Assembly: GCF_009914755.1 (NCBI RefSeq)
Contig: NC_060925.1
Source of the DNA: the human T2T-CHM13v2.0 reference genome, Homo sapiens
DNA: 64,000 nt
Strand: one strand, 5' to 3'
The notes below the pieces were generated by a model. It was not told the DNA's origin and searched no databases. It saw only the letters and a program-made list of their open reading frames with translations. Shown here piece after piece: positions 30,001 through 43,800 of the stretch. Position numbers and translations under genes: made by a program. How positions within the stretch are numbered: the first letter of the stretch is position 1; each line of letters starts with the position of its first letter.

Positions 30001-31850
30001 AAAATGGAATCGAATGGAATCAACATCAAATGGAATCTAATGGAATCATTGAACGGAATTGAATGGAATGGTCATCGAAAGAATTGAATGCAATCATCGA
30101 ATGGTCTCGAATGGAATCATCTTCAAATGGAATGGAATGGAATCATCGCATAGAATCGAAAGGAATTATCATCGAATGGAATCGAATGGAATCAACACCA
30201 AACGGAAAAAAACGGAATTATCGAATGGAATCGAAGAGAATCATCGAATGGACCCGAATGGAATCATCTAATGGAATGGAATGGAATAATCCATGGACAC
30301 GAATGCAATCATCATCGAATGGAATCGAATGGAATCATCGAATGGACTCGAATGTAATAATCATTGAACGGAATCGAATGGAATCATCATCGGATGGAAA
30401 CGAATGGAATCATCATCGAATGGAATCGAATAGAATTATGGAATGAAATCCAGTGTGATCATCATCGAATGGACCCGAATGGAATCATCATCCAACGGAA
30501 GCTAATGGAATCAACATCGAATGAATCAAATGGAAACACCATCGAATTGAAACGAATGGAATTACCATGAAATTGAAATGGATGGACTCATCATCAAATG
30601 GATTCGAATGGAATCATCGAATAAAATTGATTGAAATCATCATCGAATGGAATCGAATGGTATCATTGAATGGAATCGAATGGAATCATCATCAGATGGA
30701 AATGAATGGAATCGTCATAGAATGGAATCGAATGGATTCATTGAATGGAATCAGATGGAATCATTGAATGGACTGGAATGGAATCATTGAATGGACTCGA
30801 AAGGGATCATTATTGAATGGAATTGAATGGAATCATCGAATGGTCTCGATAGGAATCATTATCAAATGGAATCGAATGGAATCACCGAATAGAATCGAAT
30901 GGAACAATCATCGAATGGACTCAAATGGAATTATCCTCTAATGGAATCGAATGGAATTATCGAATGCAATCGAATGGAATTATCGAATGCAATCGAATAG
31001 AATCATCGAATGGACTCGAATGGAATCATCGAATGGAATGGAATGGAACAGTCAATGAACTCGAATGGAATCATCATTGAATGGAATCGAATGGAATCAT
31101 CGAGTGGAATCGAAAGGAATTATGATCAAATGGAATCGAATGTAATCATCATCAAATGGAATCAAAAATAACCATCATCAATTGGTATTGAATGGAATTG
31201 TCATCAAATGGAATTCAAAGGAATCATCATCAAATGGAACCGAATGGAATCCTCATTGAATGGAAATGAAAGGGGTCATCATCTAATGGAATCGCATGGA
31301 ATCATCATCAAATGGAATCGAATGGAATCATCATCAAATGGAATCTAATGGAATCATTGAAAAGAATTGAATGGAATCGTCATCGAATGAATTGAATGCA
31401 ATCATCGAATGGTCTCGAATGGAATCATCTTCTAATGGAAAGGAATGGAATCATCGCATAGAATCGAATGGAATTATCATCGAATGGAATCGAATGGTAT
31501 CAACACCAAACGGAAAAAAACGGAATTATCGAATGAAATCGAAGAGAATCTTCGAACGGACCCGAATGGAATCATCTAATGGAATGGAATGGAATAATCC
31601 ATGGACTCGAATGCAATCATCATCGAATGGAATCGAATGGAATCATCGAATGGACTCGAATGGAATAATCATTGAACGGAATCGAATGGAATCATCATCG
31701 GATGGAAACGAATGGAATCATCATCGAATGGAAGTGAAAGGAGTCATCATCTAATGGAATTGCATGGAATCATCATCAAATGGAATCGAATGGAATCAAC
31801 ATCAAATGGAATCAAATGGAATCATTGAACGGAATTGAATGGAATCGTCA
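26300..31850. repeat. Direct duplication of about 1.9 kb at 3,676-bp offset (about 26.3-28.2 kb versus 30.0-31.85 kb; ends approximate)
   Basis: Shared variants ATGGTCATCGAAAG (26387/30063), CTCGATAGG (~27171/30847), ATCCTCTAATGG (~27259/30935) and GGAAGTGAAAGG (ORF ends 28078/31754). Confidence 0.8.
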
Positions 31851-34800
31851 TCGAATGAATTGAATGCAATCATCGAATGGTCTCGAATGGAATCATCTTC
31901 AAATGGAATGGAATGGAATCATCGCATAGAATCGAATGGAATTATCATCGAATGGAATCGAATGGAATCAACATCAAACGGAAAAAAACGGAATTATCGA
32001 ATGGAATTGAAGAGAATCATCGAATGGACCCGAATGGAATCATCTAATGGAATGGAATGGAATAATCCATGGACTCGAATGCAATCACCATCGAATGGAA
32101 TCGAATGGAATCATCGAATGGACTCGAATGGAATAATCATTGAACGGAATCGAATGGAATCGTCATCGGATGGAAATGAATGGAATCATCATCGAATGGA
32201 ATCGAATAAAATTATGGAATGAAATCCAGTGTGATCATCATCGAATGGACCCGAATGGAATCATCATCCAACGGAAGCTAATGGAATCAACATCGAATGA
32301 ATCGAATGGAAACACCATCGAATTGAAACGAATGGAATTACCATGAAATTGAAATGGATGGACTCATCATCGAATGGATTCGAATGGAATCATCGAATAA
32401 AATTGATTGAAATCATCATCGAATGGTATCGAATGGTATCATTGAATGGAATCGAATGGAATCATCCTCAGATGGAAATGAATGGAATCGTCATAGAATG
32501 GAATCGAATGGATTCATTCAATGGAATCAGATTGAATCATCGAATGGACTGGAATGGAATCATTGAATGGACTCGAAAGGGATCATTATTGAATGGAATT
32601 GAATGGAATCATCGAATGGTCCCGATTGGAATCATTATCAAATGGAATCGAATGGAATCACCGAATAGAATCGAATGGAACAATCATCGAATGGACTCAA
32701 ATGGAATTATCCTCAAATGGAATCGAATGGAATTATCGAATGCAATCGAATGGAATTATCGAATGCAATCGAATAGAATCATCGAATGGACTCGAATGGA
32801 ATCATCGAATGGAATGGAATGGAACAGTCAATGAACTCGAATGGAATCATCATTGAATGGAATCGAATGGAATCATCGAGTGGAATCGAATGGAATTATG
32901 ATCAAATGGAATCGAATGTAATCATCATCAAATGGAATCAAAAATAACCATCATCAATTGGTATTGAATGGAATTCTCATCAAATGGAATTCAAAGGAAT
33001 CATCATCAAATGGAACTGAATGGAATCCTCATTGAATGGAAATGAAAGGGGTCATCATCTAATGGAATCGCATGGAATCATCATCAAATGGAATCGAATG
33101 GAATCATCATCAAATGGAATCTGATGGAATCATTGAACAGAATTGAATGGAATCGTCATCGAATGAATTGAATGCAATCATCGAATGGTCTCGAATGTAA
33201 TCACATTCTAATGGAAAGGAATGGAATCATCGCATAGAATCGAATGGAATTAACATTGAATGGACTCGAATGGAATCTACATCAAACGGAATCAAGCGGA
33301 ATTATCGAATGGAATCGAAGAGAATCATCGAATGGTCTCGAATGGAATCATCTTCTAATGGAAAGGAATGGAATCATCTCATAGAATCGAATGGAATTAA
33401 CATTGAATGGACTCGAATGGAATCAACATCAAATGGAATCAAGCGGAATTATCAAATGAAATCGAAGAGAATCATCGAATGGACTCGAATGGAATCATCT
33501 AATGGAATGGAATGGAATAATCCACGGACTCGAATGCAATCATCATCGTATAGAATCGAATGGAATCATCGAAAGGACTCGAATGGAATAACCATTGAAC
33601 GGAATCGAATGGAATCATCATCGGATGGAAACGAATGGAATCATCATCGAATGGAAATGAAAGGAGTCATCATCTAATGGAATTGCATGGAATCATCATA
33701 AAATGGAATCGAATGGAATCATCATCAAATGGAATCAAATGGAATCATTGAACGGAATTGAATGGAATCGTCATCGAATGAATTGAATGCAATCATCGAA
33801 TGGTCTCGAATGGAATCATCTTCAAATGGAATGGAATGGAATCATCGCATAGAGCCGAATGGAATTATCATCGAATGGAATCGAATGGTATCAACATCAA
33901 ACGGAAAAAAACGGAATTATCGAATGGAATCGAAGAGAATCTTCGAAAGGACCCGAATGGAATCATCTAATGGAATGGAATGGAATAATCTATGGACTCG
34001 AATGCAATCATCATCGAATGGAATCGAATGGAATCATTGAATGGACTCGAATGGAATAATCATTGAACGGAATCGAATGGAATCATCATCGGATGGAAAT
34101 GAATGGAATCATCATCGAATGGAATCGAATAGAATTATGGAATGAAATCCAGTGTGATCATCATCGAATGGACCCGAATGGAATCATCATCCAACGGAAG
34201 CTAATGGAATCAACATCGAATGAATCGAAAGGAAACACCATCGAATTGAAACGAATGGAATTATCATGAAATTGAAATGGATGGACTCATCATCGAATGG
34301 ATTCGAATGGAATCATCGAATAAAATTGATTGAAATCATCATCCAATGGAATCGAATGGTATCATTGAATGGAATCGAATGGAATCATCATCAGATGGAA
34401 ATGAATGGAATCGTCATAGAATGGAATCGAATGGATTCATTGAATGGAATCAGATGGAATCATCGAATGGACTGGAATGGAATCATTGAATGGACTCGAA
34501 AGGGATCATGATTGAATGGAATTGAATGGAATCATCGAATGGTCTCGATTGGAATCATTATCAAATGGAATCGAATGGAATCACCGAATAGAATCGAATG
34601 GAACAATCATCGAATGGACTCAAATGGAATTATCCTCCAATGGAATCGAATGGAATTATCGAATGCAATCGAATGGAATTATCGAATGCAATCGAATAGA
34701 ATCATCGAAAGGACTCGAATGGAATCATCGAATGGAATGGAATGGAACAGTCAATGAACTTGAATGGAATCATCATTGAAAGGAATCGAATGGAATCATC

Positions 34801-37800
34801 GAGTGGAATCGAATGGAATTATGATCAAATGGAATGGAATGTAATCATCATCAAATGGAATCAAAAATAACCATCATCAATTGGTATTGAATGGAATTGT
34901 CATCAAATGGAATTCAAAGGAATCATCATCAAATGGAACCGAATGGAATCCTCATTGAATGGAAATGAAAGGGGTCATCATCTAATGGAATCGCATGGAA
35001 TCATCATCAAATGGAATCGAATGGAATCATCATCAAATGGAATCTAATGGAATCATTGAAAAGAATTGAATGGAATCATCATCGAATGAATTGAATGCAA
35101 TCATCGAATGGTCTCGAATGGAATCATCTTCTAATGGAAAGGAATGGAATCATCGCATAGAATCGAATGGAATTATCATCGAATGGAATCGAATGGTATC
35201 AACACCAAACGGAAAAAAGCGGAATTATCGAATGGAATCGAAGAGAATCATCGAACGGACCCGAATGGAATCATCTAATGGAATGGAATGGAATAATCCA
35301 TGGACTCGAATGCAATCATCATCGAATGGAATCGAATGTAATCATCGAATGGACTCGAATGGAATAATCATTGAACGGAATCGAATGGAATCATCATCGG
35401 ATGGAAACGAATGGAATCATCATCGAATGGAAATGAAAGGAGTCATCATCTAATGGAATTGCATGGAATCATCATAAAATGGAATCGAATGGAATCAACA
35501 TCAAATGGAATCAAATGGAATCATTGAACGGAATTGAAGGGAATCGTCATCGACTGAATTGAATGCAATCATCGAATGGTCTCGAATGGAATCATCTTCA
35601 AATGGAATGGAATGGAATCATCGCATAGAATCGAATGGAATTATCATCGAATGGAATCGAATGGAATCAACATCAAACGGAAAAAAACGGAATTATCGAA
35701 TGGAATCGAAGAGAATCATCGAATGGACCCGAATGGAATCATTTAATGGAATGGAATGGAATAATCCATGGACTCGAATGCAATCATCATCGAATGGAAT
35801 CGAATGGAATCATCGAATGGACTCGAATGGAATAATCATTGAACGGAATCGAATGGAATCATCATCGGATGGAAATGAAAGGAGTCATCATCTAATGGAA
35901 TTGCATGGAATCATCATAAAATGGAATCGAATGGAATCAACATCAAATTGAATCAAATGGAATCATTGAACGGAGTTGAATGGAATCGTCATCGAATGAA
36001 TTGAATGCAATCATCGAATGGTCTCGAATGGAATCATCTTCAAATGGAATGGAATGGAATCATCGCATAGAATCGAATGGAATTATCATCGAATGGAATC
36101 GAATGGAATCAACATCAAACGGAAAAAAACGGAATTATCGAATGGAATCGAAGAGAATCATCGAATGGACCCGAATGGAATCATCTAATGGAATGGAATG
36201 GAATAATCCATGGACTCGAATGCAATCATCATCGAATGGAATCGAATGGAATCATCGAATGGACTCGAATGGAATAATCATTGAACGGAATCGAATGGAA
36301 TCGTCATCGGATGGAAATGAATGGAATCATCATCGAATGGAATCGAATAGAATTATGGAATGAAATCCAGTGTGATCATCATCGAATGGACCCGAATGGA
36401 ATCATCATCCAACGGAAGCTAATGGAATCAACATCGAATGAATCGAATGGAAACACCATCGAATTGAAACGAATGGAATTACCATGAAATTGAAATGGAT
36501 GGACTCATCATCGAATGGATTCGAATGGAATCATCGAATAAAATTGATTGAAATCATCATCGAATGGTATCGAATGGTATCATTGAATGGAATCGAATGG
36601 AATCATCCTCAGATGGAAATGAATGGAATTGTCATAGAATGGAATCGAATGGATTCATTGAATGGAATCAGATGGAATCATCGAATGGACTGGAATGGAA
36701 TCATTGAATGGACTCGAAAGGGATCATTATTGAATGGAATTGAATGGAATCATCGAATGGTCTCGATTGGAATCATTATCAAATGGAATCGAATGGAATC
36801 ACCGAATAGAATCGAATGGAACAATCATCGAATGGACTCAAATGGAATTATCCTCAAATGGAATGGAATGGAATTATCGAATGCAATCGAATGAAATTAT
36901 CGAATGCAATCGAATAGAATCATCGAATGGACTCGAATGGAATCATCGAATGGAATGGAATGGAACAGTCAATGAACTCGAATGGAATCATCATTGAATG
37001 GAATCGAATGGAATCATCGAGTGGAATCGAATGGAATTATGATCAAATGGAATCGAATGTAATCATCATCAAATGGAATCAAAAATAACCATCATCAATT
37101 GGTATTGAATGGAATTCTCATCAAATGGAATTCAAAGGAATCATCATCAAATGGAACTGAATGGAGTCCTCATTGAATGGAAATGAAAGGGGTCATCATC
37201 TAATGGAATCGCATGGAATCATCATCAAATGGAATCGAATGGAATCACCATCAAATGGAATCTGATGGAATCATTGAACAGAATTGAATGGAATCGTCAT
37301 CGAATGAATTGAATGCAATCATCTCATGGTCTCGAATGTAATCACATTCTAATGGAAAGGAATGGAATCATCGCATAGAATCGAATGGAATTAACATTGA
37401 ATGGACTCGAATGGAATCAACATCAAACGGAATCAAGCGGAAATATCGAATGGAATCGAAGAGAATCATCGAATGGACTCGAATGGAATCATCTATTGGA
37501 ATGGAATGGAATAATCCACGGACCCGAATGCAATCATCATAGTATAGAATCGAATGGAATCATCATCGGATGGAAATGAATTGAATCATCATCCAACGGA
37601 AGCTAATGGAATCAACATCGAATGTATCGAATGGAAACACCATCGAATTGAAACGAATGGAATTATCATGAAATTGAAATGGATGGACTCATCATCGAAT
37701 GGATTCGAATGGAATCATCGAATAAAATTGATTGAAATCATCATCGAATGGAATCGAATGGTATCATTGAATGGAATCGAATGGAATCATCATCAGATGG

Positions 37801-40800
37801 AAATGAATGGAATCGTCATAGAATGGAATCGAATGGATTCATTGAATGGAATCAGATGGAATCATCGAATGGACTAGAATGGAATCATTGAATGGACTCG
37901 AAAGGGATCATTATTGAATGGAATTGAATGGAATTATCGAATGGTCTCGATTGGAATCATTATCAAATGGAATCGAATGGAATCAACGAATAGAATCGAA
38001 TGGAACAATCATCGAATCGACTCAAATGGAATCATCCTCAAATGGAATGGAATGGAATTATCGAATGCAATCGAATAGAATCATCGAATGGACTCGAATG
38101 GAATCATCGAATGGAATGGAATGGAACAGTCAATGAACTCGAATGGAATCATCATTGAATGGAATCGAATGGAATCATCGAGTGGAATCGAATGGAATTA
38201 TGATCAAATGGAATCGAATGTAATCCTCATCAAATGGAATCAAAAATAACCATCATCAATTGGTATTGAATGGAATTGTCATCAAATGGAATTCAAAGGA
38301 ATCATCATCAAATGGAACAGAATGGAATCCTCATTGAATGGAAATGAAAGGGGTCATCATCTAATGGAATCGCATGGAATCATCATCAAATGGAATCGAA
38401 TGGAATCATCATCAAATGGAATCTGATGGAATCATTGACCAGAATTGAATGGAATCGTCATCGAATGAATTGAATGCAATCATCGAATGGTCTCGAATGG
38501 AATCATCTTCTAATGGAAAGGAATGGAATCATCGCATAGAATCGAGTGGAATTAACATTGAATGGACTCGAATGGAATCAACATCAAACGGAATCAAGCG
38601 GAATTATCGAATGGAATCGAAGAGAATCATCTAATGGACTCGAATGGAATAATCTAATGGAATTGAATGGAATAATCCACGGACTCGAATGCAATCATCA
38701 TCGTATAGAATCGAATGGAATCATCAAATGGACTCGAATGGAATAATCATTGAACGGAATCGAATGGAATCATCATCGGATGGAAACGAATGGAATCATC
38801 ATCGAATGGAATCGAATAGAATTATGGAATGAAATCCAGTGTGATCATCATCGAATGGACCCGAATGGAATCATCATCCAACGGAAGCTAATGGAATCAA
38901 CATCGAATGAATCGAATGGAAACACCATCGAATTGAAACGAATGGAATTACCATGAAATTGAAATGGATGGACTCATCATCAAATGGATTCGAATGGAAT
39001 CATCGAATAAAATTGATTGAAATCATCATCGAATGGAATCGAATGGTATCATTAAATGGAATCGAATGGAATCATCATCAGATGGAAATGAATGGAATCG
39101 TCATAGAATGGAATCGAATGGATTCATTGAATGGAATCAGATGGAGTCATTGAATGGACTGGAATGGAATCATTGAATGGACTCGAAAGGGATCATTATT
39201 GAATGGAATTGAATGGAATCATCGAATGGTCTCGATTGGAATCATTATCAAATGGAATCGAATGGAATCACCGAATAGAATCGAATGGAACAATCATCGA
39301 ATGGACTCAAATGGAATTATCCTCCAATGGAATGGAATGGAATTATCGAATGCAATCGAATGGAATTATCGAATGCAATCGAATAGAATCATCGAATGGA
39401 CTCGAATGGAATCATCGAATGGAATGGAATGGAACAGTCAATGAACTCGAATGGAATCATCATTGAATGGAATCGAATGGAATCATCGAGTGGAATCGAA
39501 TGGAATTATGATCAAATGGAATCGAATGTAATCATCATCAAATGGAATCAAATGGAATCATTGAACGGAATTGAATGGAATCGTCATCGAATGAATTGAA
39601 TGCAATCATCGAATGGTCTCGAATGGAATCATCTTCAAATGGAATGAAATGGAATCATCGCATAGAATCGAATGGAATTATCATCGAATGGAATCGAATG
39701 GAATCAACTTCAAAAGGAATCTAGCGGAATTATCGAATGGAATCGAAGAAAATCATCGAATGGTCTCTAATGGAATCATCTTCTAATGGAAAGGAATGGA
39801 ATCATCGCATAGAATCGAATGGAATTAACATTGAATGGACTCGAATGGAATCAACATCAAATGGAATCAAGCGGAATTATCGAATGAAATCGAAGAGAAT
39901 CATCGAATGGACTCGAATGGAATCATCTAATGGAATGGAATGGAATAATCCACGGACTCGAATGCAATCATCATCGTATAGAATCGAATGGAATCATCGA
40001 ATGGACTCGAATGGAATAACCATTGAACGGAATCGAATGGAATCATCATCGGATGGAAACGAATGGAATCATCATCGAATGGAAATGTAAGGAGTCATCA
40101 TCTAATGGAATTGCATGGAATCATCATAAAATGGAATCGAATGGAATCATCATCAAATGGAATCAAATGGAATCATTGAACGGAATTGAATGGAATCGTC
40201 ATCGAATGAATTGAATGCAATCATCGAATGGTCTCGAATGGAATCATCTTCAAATGGAATGGAATGGAATCATCGCATAGAATCGAATGGAATTATCATC
40301 GAATGGAATCGAAAGGAATCAACATCAAACGGAAAAAAACGGAATTATCGAATGGAATCGAAGAGAATCGTCGAACGGACCCGAATGGAATCATCTAATG
40401 GAATGGAATGGAATAATCCATGGACTCGAATGCAATCATCATCGAATGGAATCGAATGGAATCATCGAATGGACTCGAATGGAATAATCATTGAACGGAA
40501 TCGAATGGAATCATCATCAGATGGAAACGAATGGAATCATCATCGAATGGAAATGAAAGGAGTCATCATCTAATGGAATTGCATGGAATCATCATAAAAT
40601 GGAATCGAATGGAATCAACATCAAATGGAATCAAATGGAATCATTGAACGGAATTGAATGGAATCGTCATCGAATGAATTGACTGCAATCATCGAATGGT
40701 CTCGAATGGAATCATCTTCAAATGGAATGGAATGGAATCATCGCATAGAATCGAATGGAATTATCATCGAATGGAATCGAATGGAATCAACATCAAACGG

Positions 40801-43800
40801 AAAAAAACGGAATTATCGTATGGAATCGAAGAGAATCATCGAATGGACCCGAATGGAATCATCTAATGGAATGGAATGGAATAATCCATGGACTCGAATG
40901 CAATCATCATCGCATGGAATCGAATGGAATCATCGAATGGACTCGAATGGAATAATCATTGAACGGAATCGAATGGAATCATCATCGGATGGAAATGAAT
41001 GGAATCATCATCGAATGGAATCGAATAGAATTATGGAATGAAATCCAGTGTGATCATCATCGAATGGACCCGAATGGAATCATCATCCAACGGAAGCTAA
41101 TGGAATCAACATCGAATGAATCGAATGGAAACACCATCGAATTGAAACGAATGGAATTATCATGAAATTGAAATGGATGGACTCATCATCGAATGGATTC
41201 GAATGGAATCATCGAATAAAATTGATTGAAATCATCATCCAATGGAATCGAATGGTATCATTGAATGGAATCGAATGGAATCATCATCAGATGGAAATGA
41301 ATGGAATCGTCATAGAATGGAATCGAATGGATTCATTGAATGGAATCAGATGGAATCATCGAATGGACTGGAATGGAATCATTGAATGGACTCGAAAGGG
41401 ATCATTATTGAATGGAATTGAATGGAATCATCGAATGGTCTCGATTGGAATCATTATCAAATGGAATCGAATGGAATCACCGAATAGAATGGAATGGAAC
41501 AATCATCGAATGGACTCAAATGGAATTATCCTCCAATGGAATCGAATGGAATTATCGAATGCAATCGAATGGAATTATCGAATGCAATCGAATAGAATCA
41601 TCGGATGGACTCGAATGGAATCATCGCATGGAATGGAATGGAACAGTCAATGAACTCGAATGGAATCATCATTGAATGGAATCGAATGGAATCATCGAGT
41701 GGAATCGAATGGAATTATGATCAAATGGAATCGAATGTAATCATCATCAAATGGAATCAAAAATAACCATCATCAATTGGTATTGAATGGAATTGTCATC
41801 AAATGGAATTCAAACGAATCATCATCAAATGGAACCGAATGGAATCCTCATTGAATGGAAATGAAAGGGGTCATCATCTAATGGAATCGCATGGAATCAT
41901 CATCAAATGGAATCGAATGGAATCATCATCAAATGGAATCTAATGGAATCATTGAAAAGAATTGAATGGAATCATCATCGAATGAATTGAATGCAATCAT
42001 CGAATGGTCTCGAATGGAATCATCTTCTAATGGAAAGGAATGGAATCATCGCATAGAATCGAATGGAATTATCATCGAATGGAATCGAATGGTATCAACA
42101 CCAAACGGAAAAAAACGGAATTATCGAATGGAATCGAAGAGAATCTTCGAACGGACCCGAATGGAATCATCTAATGGAATGGAATGGAATAATCCATGAA
42201 CTCGAATGCAATCATCATCGAATGGAATCGAATGGAATCATCGAATGGACTCGAATGGAATAATCATTGAACGGAATCGAATGGAATCATCATCGGATGG
42301 AAACGAATGGAATCATCATCGAATGGAAATGAAAGGAGTCATCATCTAATGGAATTGCATGGAATCATCATAAAATGGAATCGAATGGAATCAACATCAA
42401 ATGAAATCAAATGGAATCATTGAACGGAATTGCATGGAATCGTCATCGAACGAATTGACTGCAATCATCCAATGGTCTCGAATGGAATCATCTTCAAATG
42501 GAATGGAATGGAATCATCGCATAGAATCGAATGGAATTATCATCGAATGGAATCGAATGGAATCAACATCAAACGGAAAAAAACGGAATTATCGAATGGA
42601 ATCGAAGAGAATCATCGAATGGACCCGAATGGAATCATCTAATGGAATGGAATGGAATAATCCATGGACTCGAATGCAATCATCATCGAATGGAATCGAA
42701 TGGAATCATCGAATGGACTCGAATGGAATAATCATTGAACAGAATCGAATGGAATCATCATCGGATGGAAATGAATGGAATCATCATCGAATGGAATCGA
42801 ATAGAATTATGGAATGAAATCCAGTGTGATCATCATCGAATGGACCCGAATGGAATCATCATCCAACGGAAGCTAATGGAATCAACATCGAATGAATCAA
42901 ATGGAAACACCATCGAATTGAAACGAATGGAATTATCATGAAATTGAAATGGATGGACTCATCATCGAATGGATTCGAATGGAATCATCGAATAAAATTG
43001 ATTGAAATCATCATCGAATGGAATCGAATGGTATCATTGAATGGAATCGAATGGAATCATCATCAGATGGAAATGAATGGAATCGTCATAGAATGGAATC
43101 GAATGGATTCATTGAATGGAATCAGATGGAATCATCGAATGGACTGGAATGGAATCATTGAATGGACTCAAAAGGGATCATGATTGAATGGAATTGAATG
43201 GAATCATCGAATGGTCTCGATTGGAATCATTATCAAATGGAATCGAATGGAATCACCGAATAGAATCGAATGGAACAATCATCGAATGGACTCAAATGGA
43301 ATTATCCTCAAATGGAATGGAATGGAATTATCGAATGCAATCGAATGGAATTATCGAATGCAATCGAATAGAATCATCGAATGGACTCGAATGGAATCAT
43401 CGAATGGAATGGAATGGAACAGTCAATGAACTCGAATGGAATCATCATTGAATGGATTCGAATGGAATCATCGAGTGGAATCGAATGGAATTATGATCAA
43501 ATGGAATCGAATGTAATCATCATCAAATGGAATCAAAAATAACCATCATCAATTGGTATTGAATGGAATTGTCATCAAATGGAATTCAAAGGAATCATCA
43601 TCAAATGGAACCGAATGGAATCCTCATTGAATGGAAATGAAAGGGGTCATCATCTAATGGAATCGCATGGAATCATCATCAAATGGAATCGAATGGAATC
43701 ATCATCAAATGGAATCTAATGGAATCATTGAACAGAATTGAATGGAATCGTCATCGAATGAATTGAATGCAATCATCGAATGGTCTCGAATGGAATCATC

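Larger units (their letters stand above)
1..41411. repeat. Heterogeneous HSat2 domain with structural variants of the 1,776-bp unit (1184-2686 bp)
   Basis: 23 consecutive anchor spacings: 2039, 2686, 1923, 1776, 2218, 1308, 1307, 1923, 1776, 1923, 1308, 1776, 1776, 1923, 1308, 2391, 1285, 1776, 1923, 2218, 1184, 1285, 2209. Confidence 0.9.
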
